Shown piece after piece: positions 21,455-31,900 of a DNA stretch of 64,000 nt. Source of the DNA: Halorutilales archaeon Cl-col2-1 (GTDB lineage: Archaea > Halobacteriota > Halobacteria > Halobacteriales > Afararchaeaceae); the NCBI GenBank assembly GCA_041891055.1, contig CP169074.1, positions 1,871,031-1,935,030 on the forward strand, written 5' to 3'. The number at the start of each line of letters is the position of its first letter. The stretch's first letter is position 1. A model generated the notes under the pieces. The model ran no database searches. It saw nothing but the letters and a program-made list of their open reading frames with translations, and was not told the DNA's origin. The translations under genes and the position numbers were made by a program.

Positions 21455-22612
21455 ATGTCAGTAGAACCCGAGACAGTCGAGTCGAAGCTCGAAGACAGCG
21501 AGCTTCCTCAGAGACTCCACGACAAAGTCAAGGACGCAGTCGGCGAGGAAGAAGTCACGGAGGCACAGATCGACGAGATCATAGACCAGGTCGAGGACAG
21601 GTACAGGTCGACACGTATAGACCCGCTCGAACCCGTGGGTACCGTGAGCGCTCAGTCTATAGGGGAACCCGGAACCCAAATGACTATGAACACCTTCCAT
21701 TACGCCGGAGTCGCCGAGATCGATGTCACACAGGGTCTCCCTCGTCTCATAGAGCTCGTCGACGCGAGGAAGGAGCCCGACACTCCGATGATGACGGTCT
21801 ACCTCAAGGACGACTGGGCGACCGACCGAGAGAAGGCGCGTGAGGTCGTCTGGGACATAGAGTCGACGACTATACTCTCGCTCGGCGACATCTCTACCAA
21901 CGTCGCCGAGATGGAGGTCTCTATAAACTTAGACGATGAGATGCTCGACGAGCGTCTCCTCTCAGTCGACGACATAGCAGACAAGATAGAGGCGGAGCTA
22001 GGTGTCGACGTCCGAGCGAACGGAACACGTGTCTCTTTCGGACCGTCGTCGCCGTCGTACCGCGAGCTTCTCCAGCTAATAGAACAGCTACGTGAGATCA
22101 CGTTCAAGGGAATCGAGGAGATCGATAGGGTCGTCATACGTAAGGAAGACGTCGGCGACAGGGAGGAGTACGTCCTCTACACCGAGGGAAGTGCACTCAA
22201 GGACGTCATACAGGTCGAGGGGGTCGACGAGACACGTACGAGAACCAACAACATACACGAGATGGCTGATGTCTTCGGCATAGAAGCTGCGAGGAACTCC
22301 CTCATAGACGAGATGACCTCCACGCTCGAGGAACAGGGTCTCGAAGTCGACATTAGACACGAGATGCTCGTCGCAGACATAATGACGATCACGGGAGAGA
22401 TACGTAGCATAGGAAGACACGGTATATCGGGTGCTAAGGAGAGCGTCCTGTCGCGTGCCGCCTTCGAGGTCACTGTCAACCAGCTTCTCGACGCCGCCGT
22501 TCACGGAGAGATCGACGACCTCGACGGAGTCATAGAGAACGTCATCGTCGGACAGCCCATAAAGCTCGGCACGGGAGACGTTGACCTCGTTATGGGACGT
22601 CCCGAGGACTAG
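21455..22612 (+). CDS. rpoA2: RNA polymerase subunit A'' (Rpo1C); stop codon lies inside an inserted double-hairpin element
   Basis: [41 protein letters not shown]. Confidence 0.97.
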   Translation: MSVEPETVESKLEDSELPQRLHDKVKDAVGEEEVTEAQIDEIIDQVEDRYRSTRIDPLEPVGTVSAQSIGEPGTQMTMNTFHYAGVAEIDVTQGLPRLIELVDARKEPDTPMMTVYLKDDWATDREKAREVVWDIESTTILSLGDISTNVAEMEVSINLDDEMLDERLLSVDDIADKIEAELGVDVRANGTRVSFGPSSPSYRELLQLIEQLREITFKGIEEIDRVVIRKEDVGDREEYVLYTEGSALKDVIQVEGVDETRTRTNNIHEMADVFGIEAARNSLIDEMTSTLEEQGLEVDIRHEMLVADIMTITGEIRSIGRHGISGAKESVLSRAAFEVTVNQLLDAAVHGEIDDLDGVIENVIVGQPIKLGTGDVDLVMGRPED

Positions 22613-22657
22613 TCCTCGTGTGCGCGTGAATCGGAAGATTCACGAATGTCCCGAGGA
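22599..22657 (+). mobile_element. 49-nt double-hairpin mini-element (copy E1) inserted at the rpoA2 3' end
   Basis: Hairpins CGAGGACT/AGTCCTCG (22603-22618) and CGTGAATC-GGAA-GATTCACG (22625-22644); direct repeat GTCCCGAGGA at 22599 and 22648. Confidence 0.75.
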
Positions 22658-22702
22658 TAGCACTAGCGACGACGAGTAGTCAGAGTAGAAAGACTCTCTT
22701 AC

Positions 22703-23353
22703 TTACTGTTTCGAGACCGTCCAGCTACCTGACGCCGACATTCCGGTGTTACTCTCGCCGCTCCAGTCGCCCTCTATCTTCGACGAGTCGTCGGAGACGT
22801 CGCCCGACATGTCCATGTTCATCGTCATGTATGACATCGCACGTCCCGAGGCGTCAGCATCGACCTCACCGTCCGACACAGAGCCTTCTATGGGTCCCGA
22901 GGCGTCACCTTCTATGCTTCCCGAGACCTCGTTGTTCGAGTAGTCGACTGTGACTGTCATGTCGCCGCCGACGTTGACGCCTCCCGTCGCTTCGCCGCTC
23001 CAGCTTCCCGAGTACTCTACGGTTTCGGTTCTTCCGGAACTCTCGTCTTTACTGCTACTGTCCGAACCCGATCCGGAGTCGGAGCCGGAGTCGGACGTCG
23101 TCTCAGTCTCCGACTTCTCCCCATCGGTCTGGTCTCCGGATGAGTCGGAGTCAGAGTCGGAGCTTGTCTTCGTGTCGGATTCGGATGACTCGGTCTTTGT
23201 CTCCGACTTGGAGTCCGAATCCTCGCTCGAACTCGACGAATCGTCGTCTTCCGAACTGCTGTCCTCCGAAGACTTAGCTTCCCCACCTGCGCAGCCGGCT
23301 ATTCCCCCCATTACAGAGGCACCCGTTAGTGCCAGAAACTGTCGTCTTTTCAT
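22703..23353 (-). CDS. Tat-exported lipoprotein with Ser/Asp-rich linker
   Basis: MKRRQFLALTG...IAGC (twin arginine plus lipobox); start at ATG 23353. Confidence 0.8.
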   Translation of the reverse strand: MKRRQFLALTGASVMGGIAGCAGGEAKSSEDSSSEDDDSSSSSEDSDSKSETKTESSESDTKTSSDSDSDSSGDQTDGEKSETETTSDSGSDSGSGSDSSSKDESSGRTETVEYSGSWSGEATGGVNVGGDMTVTVDYSNNEVSGSIEGDASGPIEGSVSDGEVDADASGRAMSYMTMNMDMSGDVSDDSSKIEGDWSGESNTGMSASGSWTVSKQ

Positions 23354-23603
23354 GTTTCCCCCAATCCCACAGCGTTTGAAATACTGTGATGCACTCACAA
23401 ATTCACCTCAGTTGCTATATAAGGGTTTCTAACGTTGTGTTAGTAATACAGACGTAGTACTATCGCCGTAACCCATTTTGCTACTACGAGAGTAATTGGA
23501 AATAGTCAACCGGCATACCTATATATCCTTATTTTAAATTAGCTATCCGTTGACCATGATGTACTGTTGTTACAATGGTGTGTAATCATGGGTGAAACAA
23601 AAC

Positions 23604-26600
23604 ATGAATAGGAAAAACAGAATCACTGCGATGTTTATAGCACTCGTAGTGGCTGTGTCGGTGACGGCGTTTGCAGCGCCCGCAGCGGCACAGAGCGTTG
23701 ATAATATTGATCCGACCCTCTCCGACGAGAATGGAGACGGTCTGGATGACAGGGTATCGATAGATGTGACGGTTTCGAATGTTGGTAGCGGAGTGACGAA
23801 TGTGACGCTTGGAGAGAGCAACTTTGACGTAGATGTATCGCCGACAGACACTGGACAGGACGATTTTGTGACCCTGTACGATACTGACGGTGACGGAACC
23901 GACGAGAAGGTTCAGTTCGTCAATATCACATCAGGAAGTGGTACCGACGCGACGTATACGGTAGTAGCCGACCTGTCGGGACAGTCCGACAGTGACACCG
24001 GTTCCGTTGATGTCGAACTCGGCGGAGGAACGGCTTCCTCTGCAACTTACACTGTAGTTGGTGGTTCTACACCCCCACCCTCGACTACGCCATCTGAAAT
24101 CCGTAAGACACAGGATTCGACAGATAACGCAAACGGCAACCCCGGCGGAACAATAGACCTCGCGAACAACCCGACAGTCTACCAGGGAGAAGATGACGTC
24201 CACTGGGTAAACAGTGCAGGTAGCGTACCCAACACGCTCACAGGAGACGAGAACTCAGGAGCCGAGGGACAGCAGCTTGACCTTGTAGGCACGATACCGC
24301 AGAACCAGGAGACTGGAGTCTACGGTGGCGGTAGGGTCACAGTCTCGACGCCCCGCATAGTGTCGATGGATGTTGACAACGAGCAGGGACAGGGAGTCGC
24401 AGGAAGTGAAGTCCAGGAAGGAACAAATCTCTACGTCAGCACGACGTGGAACTACGACTCCGCAGAGGACGTCGAGCTCAGCGTAATGGACTCGACGGGA
24501 ACAGAGGTTACCGGAGAAGCACTAGCTACGGGTCAGTCCGACACACGTAGTGGAGGAGCGGTTAATGATAACTTAGGTAACCGCTGGGAGATAAACACAG
24601 GAGATCTCGAAGCAGGAGAGTACACGATAGAAGTAGCCGGAGTCGACAGCCTTGACTTCGGAGACGCGACAAGGACAGCGACGATATCAATAACGTCGCA
24701 GGAAGATCCGTACCTAGAGCTTGAAGAAGACAGTGCGACACAGGGAGAGCGTGTCGACTACACTGTCAGAGCGTCTGACGCGGGTCTTTACCACGCAGTC
24801 GCGATAGACGAAGACGACCTACGTGACTCGGTCGACACGAGTGCTGGATCTAACGATCCCCTCGGAGTCTTCCGTAATGTTGGAGACACGCTGGATATCA
24901 GACGTGTGGACGGTTACGTAGTTGCGATGGTTGAGGTAGACGACTCCACAGGAGTAGCTACGGGAAGAATAGACACGCAGGATCTCGACGACACGTCGGT
25001 TGATGTCTACCTCTACGAGAGCACAGTCGCGGCAAACGACTACAGTACATCTAGCGCAGCGATAGACGCAGCGTACCACGATCTTACGGACGGTACCATA
25101 GACCTCGCTACTGACGACGAAGACGACAAGACGCTCAATGTCGAGGAAGCACAGGTAACTATAGACAACCCCGGAGCGACGTACGTGATAGGCTCCGAAG
25201 TTAACCTCAACGGAACAGCGTCGCAGGGACTTGACGAGGTCGCAGTCTACGTCAGAGACGAAGGCGACTGGCAACGTGTACTTACTGACACGGTTGAGTC
25301 CGACGGAACGTGGGAGGAAGAAGATGTCGCGCTGGATGCCCGTAGTGACATACTCAGCATTTCAGGAACCTACAGAATAGGAATCATAGACAAGCAGGAC
25401 ACTTCGAGAGCCGCAGTCACTGACGACGACGGCGAAACTGACTCAACTAACTTCCATAACGGCTACGCGAGGACACTCGACACGAGTGACTTCAACCAGG
25501 GAACATCCAGTCAGCGCTCCATACGTGTCCTCGAACCGAGCTTCCAGTATACTATACATCCAGTTGGAGGATCTGTTGCAGAAGAGGATGGTGAAATAAG
25601 AGTTACTGGTGAGGCAGTCGGTGCTGATGAAGTCGTAGTTGGGTTTGTTGGAGACAAGGGAGATGCTGCAGCTTATACGGTATCAGTAGATGACGACTAT
25701 ACCTTTGAGGAAGATCTTGAACTTACAACGACATCAGGTCATCCTGCCGATGAACCGATAAGACAAGGTACAGTAGTTGCTTTCGGTGTAGTTAACGGAA
25801 GAGACGACGAATTCGGTGATGGTACTGCTATGGGACGGCCTACAGAAACACCTCGGCAGTTTGCCGGTCTTGTTCCTGGATTTGATAACGATGTGAGTAG
25901 AGCTAGGGGTGGCCCCACCCGAACCTCTGGTCAGATAATAGAGCTACTACGTGCGGAATCAGTGGATGAAACCGGATCTGACGACCTCGGATATCCGTCG
26001 TCGTTCCGATACACAGATGGAAGCACGTCGATCAACGACGTAGTGCCTACGTCGCACTCCAACGTCACGGGAGTCGTCCCGATAGAGGTAGGAGAGACGA
26101 TGATGGTACGCGGAACGACGAACCTCCAGCCCGACGACAACACGATAAGTGTTGAAGCGGTCTCTGGATCCAGCATGAACGAGATGCCTGTCGAGACGAC
26201 GGACATGTGGAAGATGGAGAGCGGAGTCTGGTCTGTGACGATAGACACGACAGGACTTGAGCCGGGAACGTACGAGATCGAGTCTGACGACGGAGACTCG
26301 ACTGACACTGTCATGGTAGAGATAGTCGCGGAAGGAGAGCGCAACGACGCGATGCTCTCCGACAAGCCGACACTCGCAGACAGAGTCAGTCAGCTCCAGA
26401 GCAACGTAGAGGAGCTCCAGACCGAGAACGAGGAGCTCAGCACGCAGGTAGACGAGCTAGAGACGCAGAACGAGGAGCTCAACACGCAGCTTGAGGACGC
26501 GCAGTCGGAGAACGAGGAGCTCAGCACGCAGGTAGATGAGCTTGAGCAGGAGAACAGCGACCTCCAGAGCCAGCTTGAGGAAGCCGAGAGTGGCGGACAG

Positions 26601-26684
26601 GGACAGCCTGGATTCGGAGTCGCAGCGACTCTGATCGCCCTCATCGGCGCTGGTCTCATAGCTCTCAGAAGAAAGAACGAGTAG
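23604..26684 (+). CDS. csg: major cell-surface (S-layer) glycoprotein with PGF-CTERM anchor
   Basis: Sec signal peptide, TVYQGE, GRDDEFGDG, GTTNLQPDDNTISVE, GSDDL motifs typical of haloarchaeal Csg; several N-x-T sequons; GQPGFG-TM-RRK archaeosortase signal. Confidence 0.88.
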   Translation: MNRKNRITAMFIALVVAVSVTAFAAPAAAQSVDNIDPTLSDENGDGLDDRVSIDVTVSNVGSGVTNVTLGESNFDVDVSPTDTGQDDFVTLYDTDGDGTDEKVQFVNITSGSGTDATYTVVADLSGQSDSDTGSVDVELGGGTASSATYTVVGGSTPPPSTTPSEIRKTQDSTDNANGNPGGTIDLANNPTVYQGEDDVHWVNSAGSVPNTLTGDENSGAEGQQLDLVGTIPQNQETGVYGGGRVTVSTPRIVSMDVDNEQGQGVAGSEVQEGTNLYVSTTWNYDSAEDVELSVMDSTGTEVTGEALATGQSDTRSGGAVNDNLGNRWEINTGDLEAGEYTIEVAGVDSLDFGDATRTATISITSQEDPYLELEEDSATQGERVDYTVRASDAGLYHAVAIDEDDLRDSVDTSAGSNDPLGVFRNVGDTLDIRRVDGYVVAMVEVDDSTGVATGRIDTQDLDDTSVDVYLYESTVAANDYSTSSAAIDAAYHDLTDGTIDLATDDEDDKTLNVEEAQVTIDNPGATYVIGSEVNLNGTASQGLDEVAVYVRDEGDWQRVLTDTVESDGTWEEEDVALDARSDILSISGTYRIGIIDKQDTSRAAVTDDDGETDSTNFHNGYARTLDTSDFNQGTSSQRSIRVLEPSFQYTIHPVGGSVAEEDGEIRVTGEAVGADEVVVGFVGDKGDAAAYTVSVDDDYTFEEDLELTTTSGHPADEPIRQGTVVAFGVVNGRDDEFGDGTAMGRPTETPRQFAGLVPGFDNDVSRARGGPTRTSGQIIELLRAESVDETGSDDLGYPSSFRYTDGSTSINDVVPTSHSNVTGVVPIEVGETMMVRGTTNLQPDDNTISVEAVSGSSMNEMPVETTDMWKMESGVWSVTIDTTGLEPGTYEIESDDGDSTDTVMVEIVAEGERNDAMLSDKPTLADRVSQLQSNVEELQTENEELSTQVDELETQNEELNTQLEDAQSENEELSTQVDELEQENSDLQSQLEEAESGGQGQPGFGVAATLIALIGAGLIALRRKNE
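26423..26560 (+). repeat. heptad coiled-coil tandem repeat within csg
   Basis: AGAACGAGGAGCTCA[G/A]CACGCAG occurs 3 times (ENEELSTQVDELE-type units). Confidence 0.75.
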
Positions 26685-26713
26685 AGTAGCGGTACCGACG
26701 TAGCAGAAAAGAA

Positions 26714-26728
26714 GTCTTTTTTATTTTA
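26714..26728 (+). terminator. oligo-T terminator of csg
   Basis: TCTTTTTTATTTT about 30 nt after the stop. Confidence 0.5.
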
Positions 26729-28882
26729 ATCCCGCGCGGAGTCGAGAGTCTGTTTTACCTCTCTCTCGACGTTCTCCTGAGTCAGACTGTCGAGACTGAC
26801 GTAGTCGCCACCCGACTCACGTGCTATCTCCTCTCCGAGACCCGTCTGTACGTATCCCGACTCGCCGTCTAAGACGACGACCTTGACGTTCTCAGAGCCG
26901 AGGAGACGTGATAGTCTTCTGACTTCCTCGACCGGGTCGCCGTCTTCGTGCATAGAGACGTTCGCCTTTCCGTCAGTAACGAGAACTAGAACCGGAAGAA
27001 CTGCGTTGTCCGACTTCTTCGTCTCGTTCTGGATGACGTCATACGACTTCGAGAGGGCGTGACTCAGAGGTGTCCTGTCGCCCGTCGGAAGCTCCTTGAG
27101 ATGGCGTGCAGCTATCTCGACGCTGTTAGTCGGCGGAAGAAGCACCTCGGCGTCGTCGCCCTTGAAGCCTATGAAAGCGACCTTGTCACGGTTCCGGTAC
27201 GAGTCGTTGAGGAGCGACATGACTGCGCCCTTCGCCGTCTTCATACGTCCCTCGGCGTTCATGCTTCCAGACGCGTCGACTGCGAAGACGACGAGTGCCT
27301 GACGTCCTTCCTCACGTACCTTCTCGTGCAGGTCGTCCTTGCCCACTTCTGTCTTACCGCCTCTAGCCGCCGACCTGACTGTCGCGTCAACTGCTACGTC
27401 TATGTCTGTGTCGTCTGTGTCGCTCGCGCGTCTCGATCTGACGTATCTACCGGAGTCCGAGGTGGAAGAAGAGTGTTCGCCCGACTCGGTGCCGACTCGA
27501 TCGGCGGTGTCTACGTCTATCTCAGGCGAGTCGGCATCGCCTACGTCAGCTACCGTCTCTGGCTTCGATCCCGGCTTAGCTTCTTCGGTCGGCACTTCCT
27601 CGCCCTCATCACTGTCTTCTGTCCCATCCGTCTCTCTTTCACTGTCACCGTCACGGTCTCGGGCACCGGTGTCCTCCTCTCGAGTCTCCCTTTCTCGTTC
27701 TCTTGTGTCACTGTCTCCGTCTCTGGCGTCATCATCACCCTTACCACCTTCTTCGTCACCGTCGTCGTTTTCCGACCCTTCGTCGTCATCCATCTCATTG
27801 TCGGACTCCGGATCACCGTCTTCCTCCCCCTCTTCTCCTTCGTCCATCCCGTCTTCGCTTTCTTCCTCCCCTTCCTCGTCAAAGCTCTCGTCCATGACGT
27901 CGTCGAGATCACGTGAGTCGCCGAATGGGTCGGTCTTCATCCTGTGGGGAAGGGTCAGACGCGCCGCTTCTTTGACGTCTTCTTCCCTCACCTTCTCCCT
28001 TTGGTCTAAGGCTGCGATCGCACGTGCCGTCCTCGTAGTTATTATGTCGGCACGGTATCCGTCGACTCCCGCCTCGGTACAGAGTTCAGCAATCTTCTGT
28101 CTCAGAGACGCGTCGATACCCACGCCCTCGCCGTAGATCTCTCTTCCCTCCTCGATCTTCTCTCTCAGACGTTCCTCGTCTCCTCTGTACTCCTCTATGA
28201 CCGAGTCGGGGTCTCTCTCGAACTTCTCGGCTATCTCGACGACCTCGATACGTTCCTCTGGATCGGACGATCCGACGACATCGACCTGTAGACCGAACCT
28301 GTCGAGGAACTGGGGTCTCAGGCTCCCTTCCTCGGGATTCATGGTTCCGACGAGTATGAAGTCGGCGGGATGTTCGACCGAGACCCCCTCTCTCTCGACC
28401 TTGTTGACACCGCTCGCGGCGGCGTCGAGGAGAACGTCGACGAGATGGTCATCGAGGAGGTTGACCTCGTCTATGTAGAGAATCCCTCGGTTCGCGCGAG
28501 CGAGAATTCCGGGTTCGAGTGCGTTTACTCCCTCATTGAGTGCCTTCTCGACGTCTATCGATCCCACGACCCTGTCCTCTGTCGCCCCGAGAGGCAGATC
28601 GACGACGGGTGTGGGTATACTCTCGGTCTCAATCTCCTCAGGGTCTTTCTCCTTACAGTTCTCACACTGGAGATCGGGGTTCTCGGGATGACAGTTGAAC
28701 TCACATCCTCTGACGACCTCTATCTCGGGAAGGAGACGTCCTAGCCCCCGGACTGCGGTGCTCTTGGCAGTCCCTTTCTCACCTCTTATGAGGACTCCCT
28801 GAAGGGGAGCTACCGAGTTGAGAAGAAGTGCCCTCTTGAGGCTGTCCTGACCCACTACAGCCGGAAACGGAAAGACTCGCAT
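26726..28882 (-). CDS. chlID: ChlI/ChlD-fusion AAA+/VWA chelatase subunit (CobN partner)
   Basis: [37 protein letters not shown], acidic linker, VWA DASGSM / TDGKAN. Confidence 0.9.
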   Translation of the reverse strand: MRVFPFPAVVGQDSLKRALLLNSVAPLQGVLIRGEKGTAKSTAVRGLGRLLPEIEVVRGCEFNCHPENPDLQCENCKEKDPEEIETESIPTPVVDLPLGATEDRVVGSIDVEKALNEGVNALEPGILARANRGILYIDEVNLLDDHLVDVLLDAAASGVNKVEREGVSVEHPADFILVGTMNPEEGSLRPQFLDRFGLQVDVVGSSDPEERIEVVEIAEKFERDPDSVIEEYRGDEERLREKIEEGREIYGEGVGIDASLRQKIAELCTEAGVDGYRADIITTRTARAIAALDQREKVREEDVKEAARLTLPHRMKTDPFGDSRDLDDVMDESFDEEGEEESEDGMDEGEEGEEDGDPESDNEMDDDEGSENDDGDEEGGKGDDDARDGDSDTRERERETREEDTGARDRDGDSERETDGTEDSDEGEEVPTEEAKPGSKPETVADVGDADSPEIDVDTADRVGTESGEHSSSTSDSGRYVRSRRASDTDDTDIDVAVDATVRSAARGGKTEVGKDDLHEKVREEGRQALVVFAVDASGSMNAEGRMKTAKGAVMSLLNDSYRNRDKVAFIGFKGDDAEVLLPPTNSVEIAARHLKELPTGDRTPLSHALSKSYDVIQNETKKSDNAVLPVLVLVTDGKANVSMHEDGDPVEEVRRLSRLLGSENVKVVVLDGESGYVQTGLGEEIARESGGDYVSLDSLTQENVEREVKQTLDSARD

Positions 28883-28980
28883 CTACCCGATATCGTCGTG
28901 TGTGTCTTATATCGGTTGGGATTCGACGAGGAATTAAAATTCGTTTGATTTAACACAACTGGGTTTGTACTCGTCTCCAT

Positions 28981-31900
28981 ATGAGGGTGGCTGTCTTCAG
29001 CGCGACGGACAACGAGATAGGGGCTATCGAGAGAGGGTACACGAGAGCCTCTGACTCAGCCGAGATAGATCTTGAGGTCAGAAGCAAGAGGGATCTCAAG
29101 GACGAAGATGAGAGGGAGGGGTTCCTCGAATTCTGTCTCGACTCCGACTTCGTTCTCCTCAACCTCCACGGACCCGAGGACAGCATGCCGGGGTACGAGG
29201 AGTTCATAGACGAACTCGATGACGAGGACAAGCCAGTCTGTGTCAAGTCGACGGGTGATCCCTTCGCTCTACGTGACACGACGGTCGACGACGAGGTACG
29301 TGACCGAATCTACGACTACATCGACAAGGGTGGAATCGTCAACCTCGAAAACCTACTTCTCTACTTAGCCGACAGATACGGCACCGAAGACGCCGGACAC
29401 GACGATCCCGTCGAACTTCCGACCGAGGGCATCTACCATCCCGACTACCCCGGGATCGAGTACGAAGACTACTTAGAGACTCTCGACGACTCGAAGCCGA
29501 CCGTCGGCGTCTGGTTCTACGAGTCCCAGTGGGTACACGGAAACACCGACTACATCGACGCCGTGGTACGTGAGATAGAGTCGAACGGAGCGAACGCACT
29601 CCCCGTCTTCCTGACACCGACCTACGACGAGGAGATCGACAACCGCCCCGCGAGATGGGTCGCACGCAACTGGTTCACTAGAGACGGCGAGTCCGTCGTC
29701 GACGCTGTGGTCTCTTCGCTGATGTTCTCTCTCTCAATGGAGGAGAGAGGAAGGTCAGGAAACGCCGACGAAGCCGGTGACACCAACGCATTCCTCGAAG
29801 AGCTCGGTGTTCCTGTCATACAGACAGTTACCACGATGAGGTCACGTTCGAGGTACGAGTCCGCCGACCAGGGTCTGATGTCGTTCGAACTCTCTCTCTC
29901 TGTCGCACTTCCCGAGTACGACGGAAACCTCATAACCTTCCCCGTGAGCGGGAAGGAGTCGGTCGATCCGTCGGTCGAGATGGGGACGAGTCCGAAACGC
30001 CACAAGCCGATAGACCACCGTGTCGAGAGAGCGGTCTCGCTCGCGGTCAACTGGGCGCGTCTCTCGTACATCCCTAACTCGGAGAAGAAGGTAGCAGTCG
30101 TCCTCCACAACTATCCCCCGACTGACCACGGAATAGGTACTGCTTTCGGTCTCGACTCGCCCGAAAGCGCGGTGCGTCTTCTCGAAGGACTCGACGAGAG
30201 GGGATACGAGACCGATGTCCCTGAGTCGGGAGAGGAGCTACTCGATGTACTCACATCACAGCTTACACTCGACAACCGGTGGGTCGCTCCCGAGGACGTC
30301 GAGGAGATAGCACTCGATACGGTCTCGGAGGAAGAGTACCTCGACTGGTTCGAAGACGCGCCCGAGGGCATACGTGAGGGTCTCGTAGACGAGTGGGGCG
30401 AACCCGAGGGCGAGGGCGACTACCCGATTCCGGGTACGAAGCTCGGAAACGTCTTAGTGACTGTACAGCCCCCACGCGGATTCGGCGACGATCCCTCGAA
30501 GATCTACCACTCGTCCGACCTCAACCCACCCCACGACTACTACGCCTTCTACGAATGGATCAGACACGAGTTCGAGGCGGACGCAGTCGTCCATCTCGGA
30601 ACACACGGATCACTCGAATGGCTTCCCGGAAAGACTGTCGGACTCTCGGAGTCGTGTTTCCCCGACGCGATGGTACAGGACATCCCGAACGTCTACCCCT
30701 ACATAGTCAACAATCCCGGAGAAGGCGCACAGGCTAAGAGGAGAAGCTACGCCGCACTCGTCGACTACCTCACCCCTGTGATGAAGAACGCCGGACTCTA
30801 CGACGAACTCGCCGAGATCGAGGATCTGTGTAACGAGTACAAGAAGTCGGAGGCGGACAAGGACGAGGCGGGACATCTGCGTGACCTGATCTGGGAGAGG
30901 ATAGACGAGTCGGGAGTCGATGAGGACATCGATATATCGAGGGAAGACGACTTCGACGACGTTCTCACGCGACTCCACAGCTATCTCAACGACGTCAAGA
31001 AGACACAGATACGTTCGGGTCTCCACACTATGGGACAGCCGCCCCACGGAGAAGACCTCGTCGAGTACCTCGTCGCACTCACACGTCTCGGTAACCCCGG
31101 CGCGCCGTCTCTCAGGAAGTCGGTCACCGACGCGATGGGATATGACTACGACGAGATGCTCGACAGCCCCTCGGAGTACGTCGACGAACTCGGAATGACG
31201 TGGGCTGAGGCTACGGATGAAGTCGACGAGACGTGTGTATCTCTCGTTTCCGAACTCGCCGAAGAGGGATTCGACGTGAGTGGTGAATACGTAAGAGAGA
31301 TCACGCGTTCATACCTCGGAGACTCTCACGAAGACGTCGAGGAGGTTCTCTCCTACATCGCCGACGAGATAAAGCCATCACTCGACGGAGCCGAAAACGA
31401 GATAAGCCGTACTGCCGACGCCCTGAACGGCGAGTACGTGCCACCCGGAAAGTCGGGTGCTCCGACGAGAGGAAACGCCGACGTACTCCCGACTGCGCGT
31501 AACTTCTACACCATAGACCCGCGCACAGTCCCCTCGAAGGCGGCTTACCGAGTCGGCTCCGAGGTCGCCGAGTCAACCTTGAAGAGACATCTCGACGAAA
31601 ACGGCGAGTATCCCGAGGAGATGGGTGTAGTCGCTTGGGGAACCCCCATAATTAGGTCGAACGGAGAGACGATCGCCGAGGTACTGCGTCTGATGGGGGT
31701 ACGTCCTGAGTGGAGCGACTCGGGACGCGTCGAGGGCGTTGAGCCGATACCTCTCGAAGACCTCGACAGACCACGTATCGATGTCACGACACGTGTCTCG
31801 GGACTCTTTAGGGACGCCTTCCCACCCGTCGCGAAGTTACTCAATGAGGCTGTCGAGACGGTCGTAGAACTCGACGAGCCCCACGACATGAACTACGTCA

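Noticed and set aside
15287-22612. Inteins in RNA polymerase subunits
   Set aside because: Subunit lengths are normal and there are no C...HN/C splice junctions or LAGLIDADG motifs.
28883-28980. Cobalamin riboswitch upstream of cobN
   Set aside because: The divergent intergenic region is under 100 bp and has no B12-box-like sequence.
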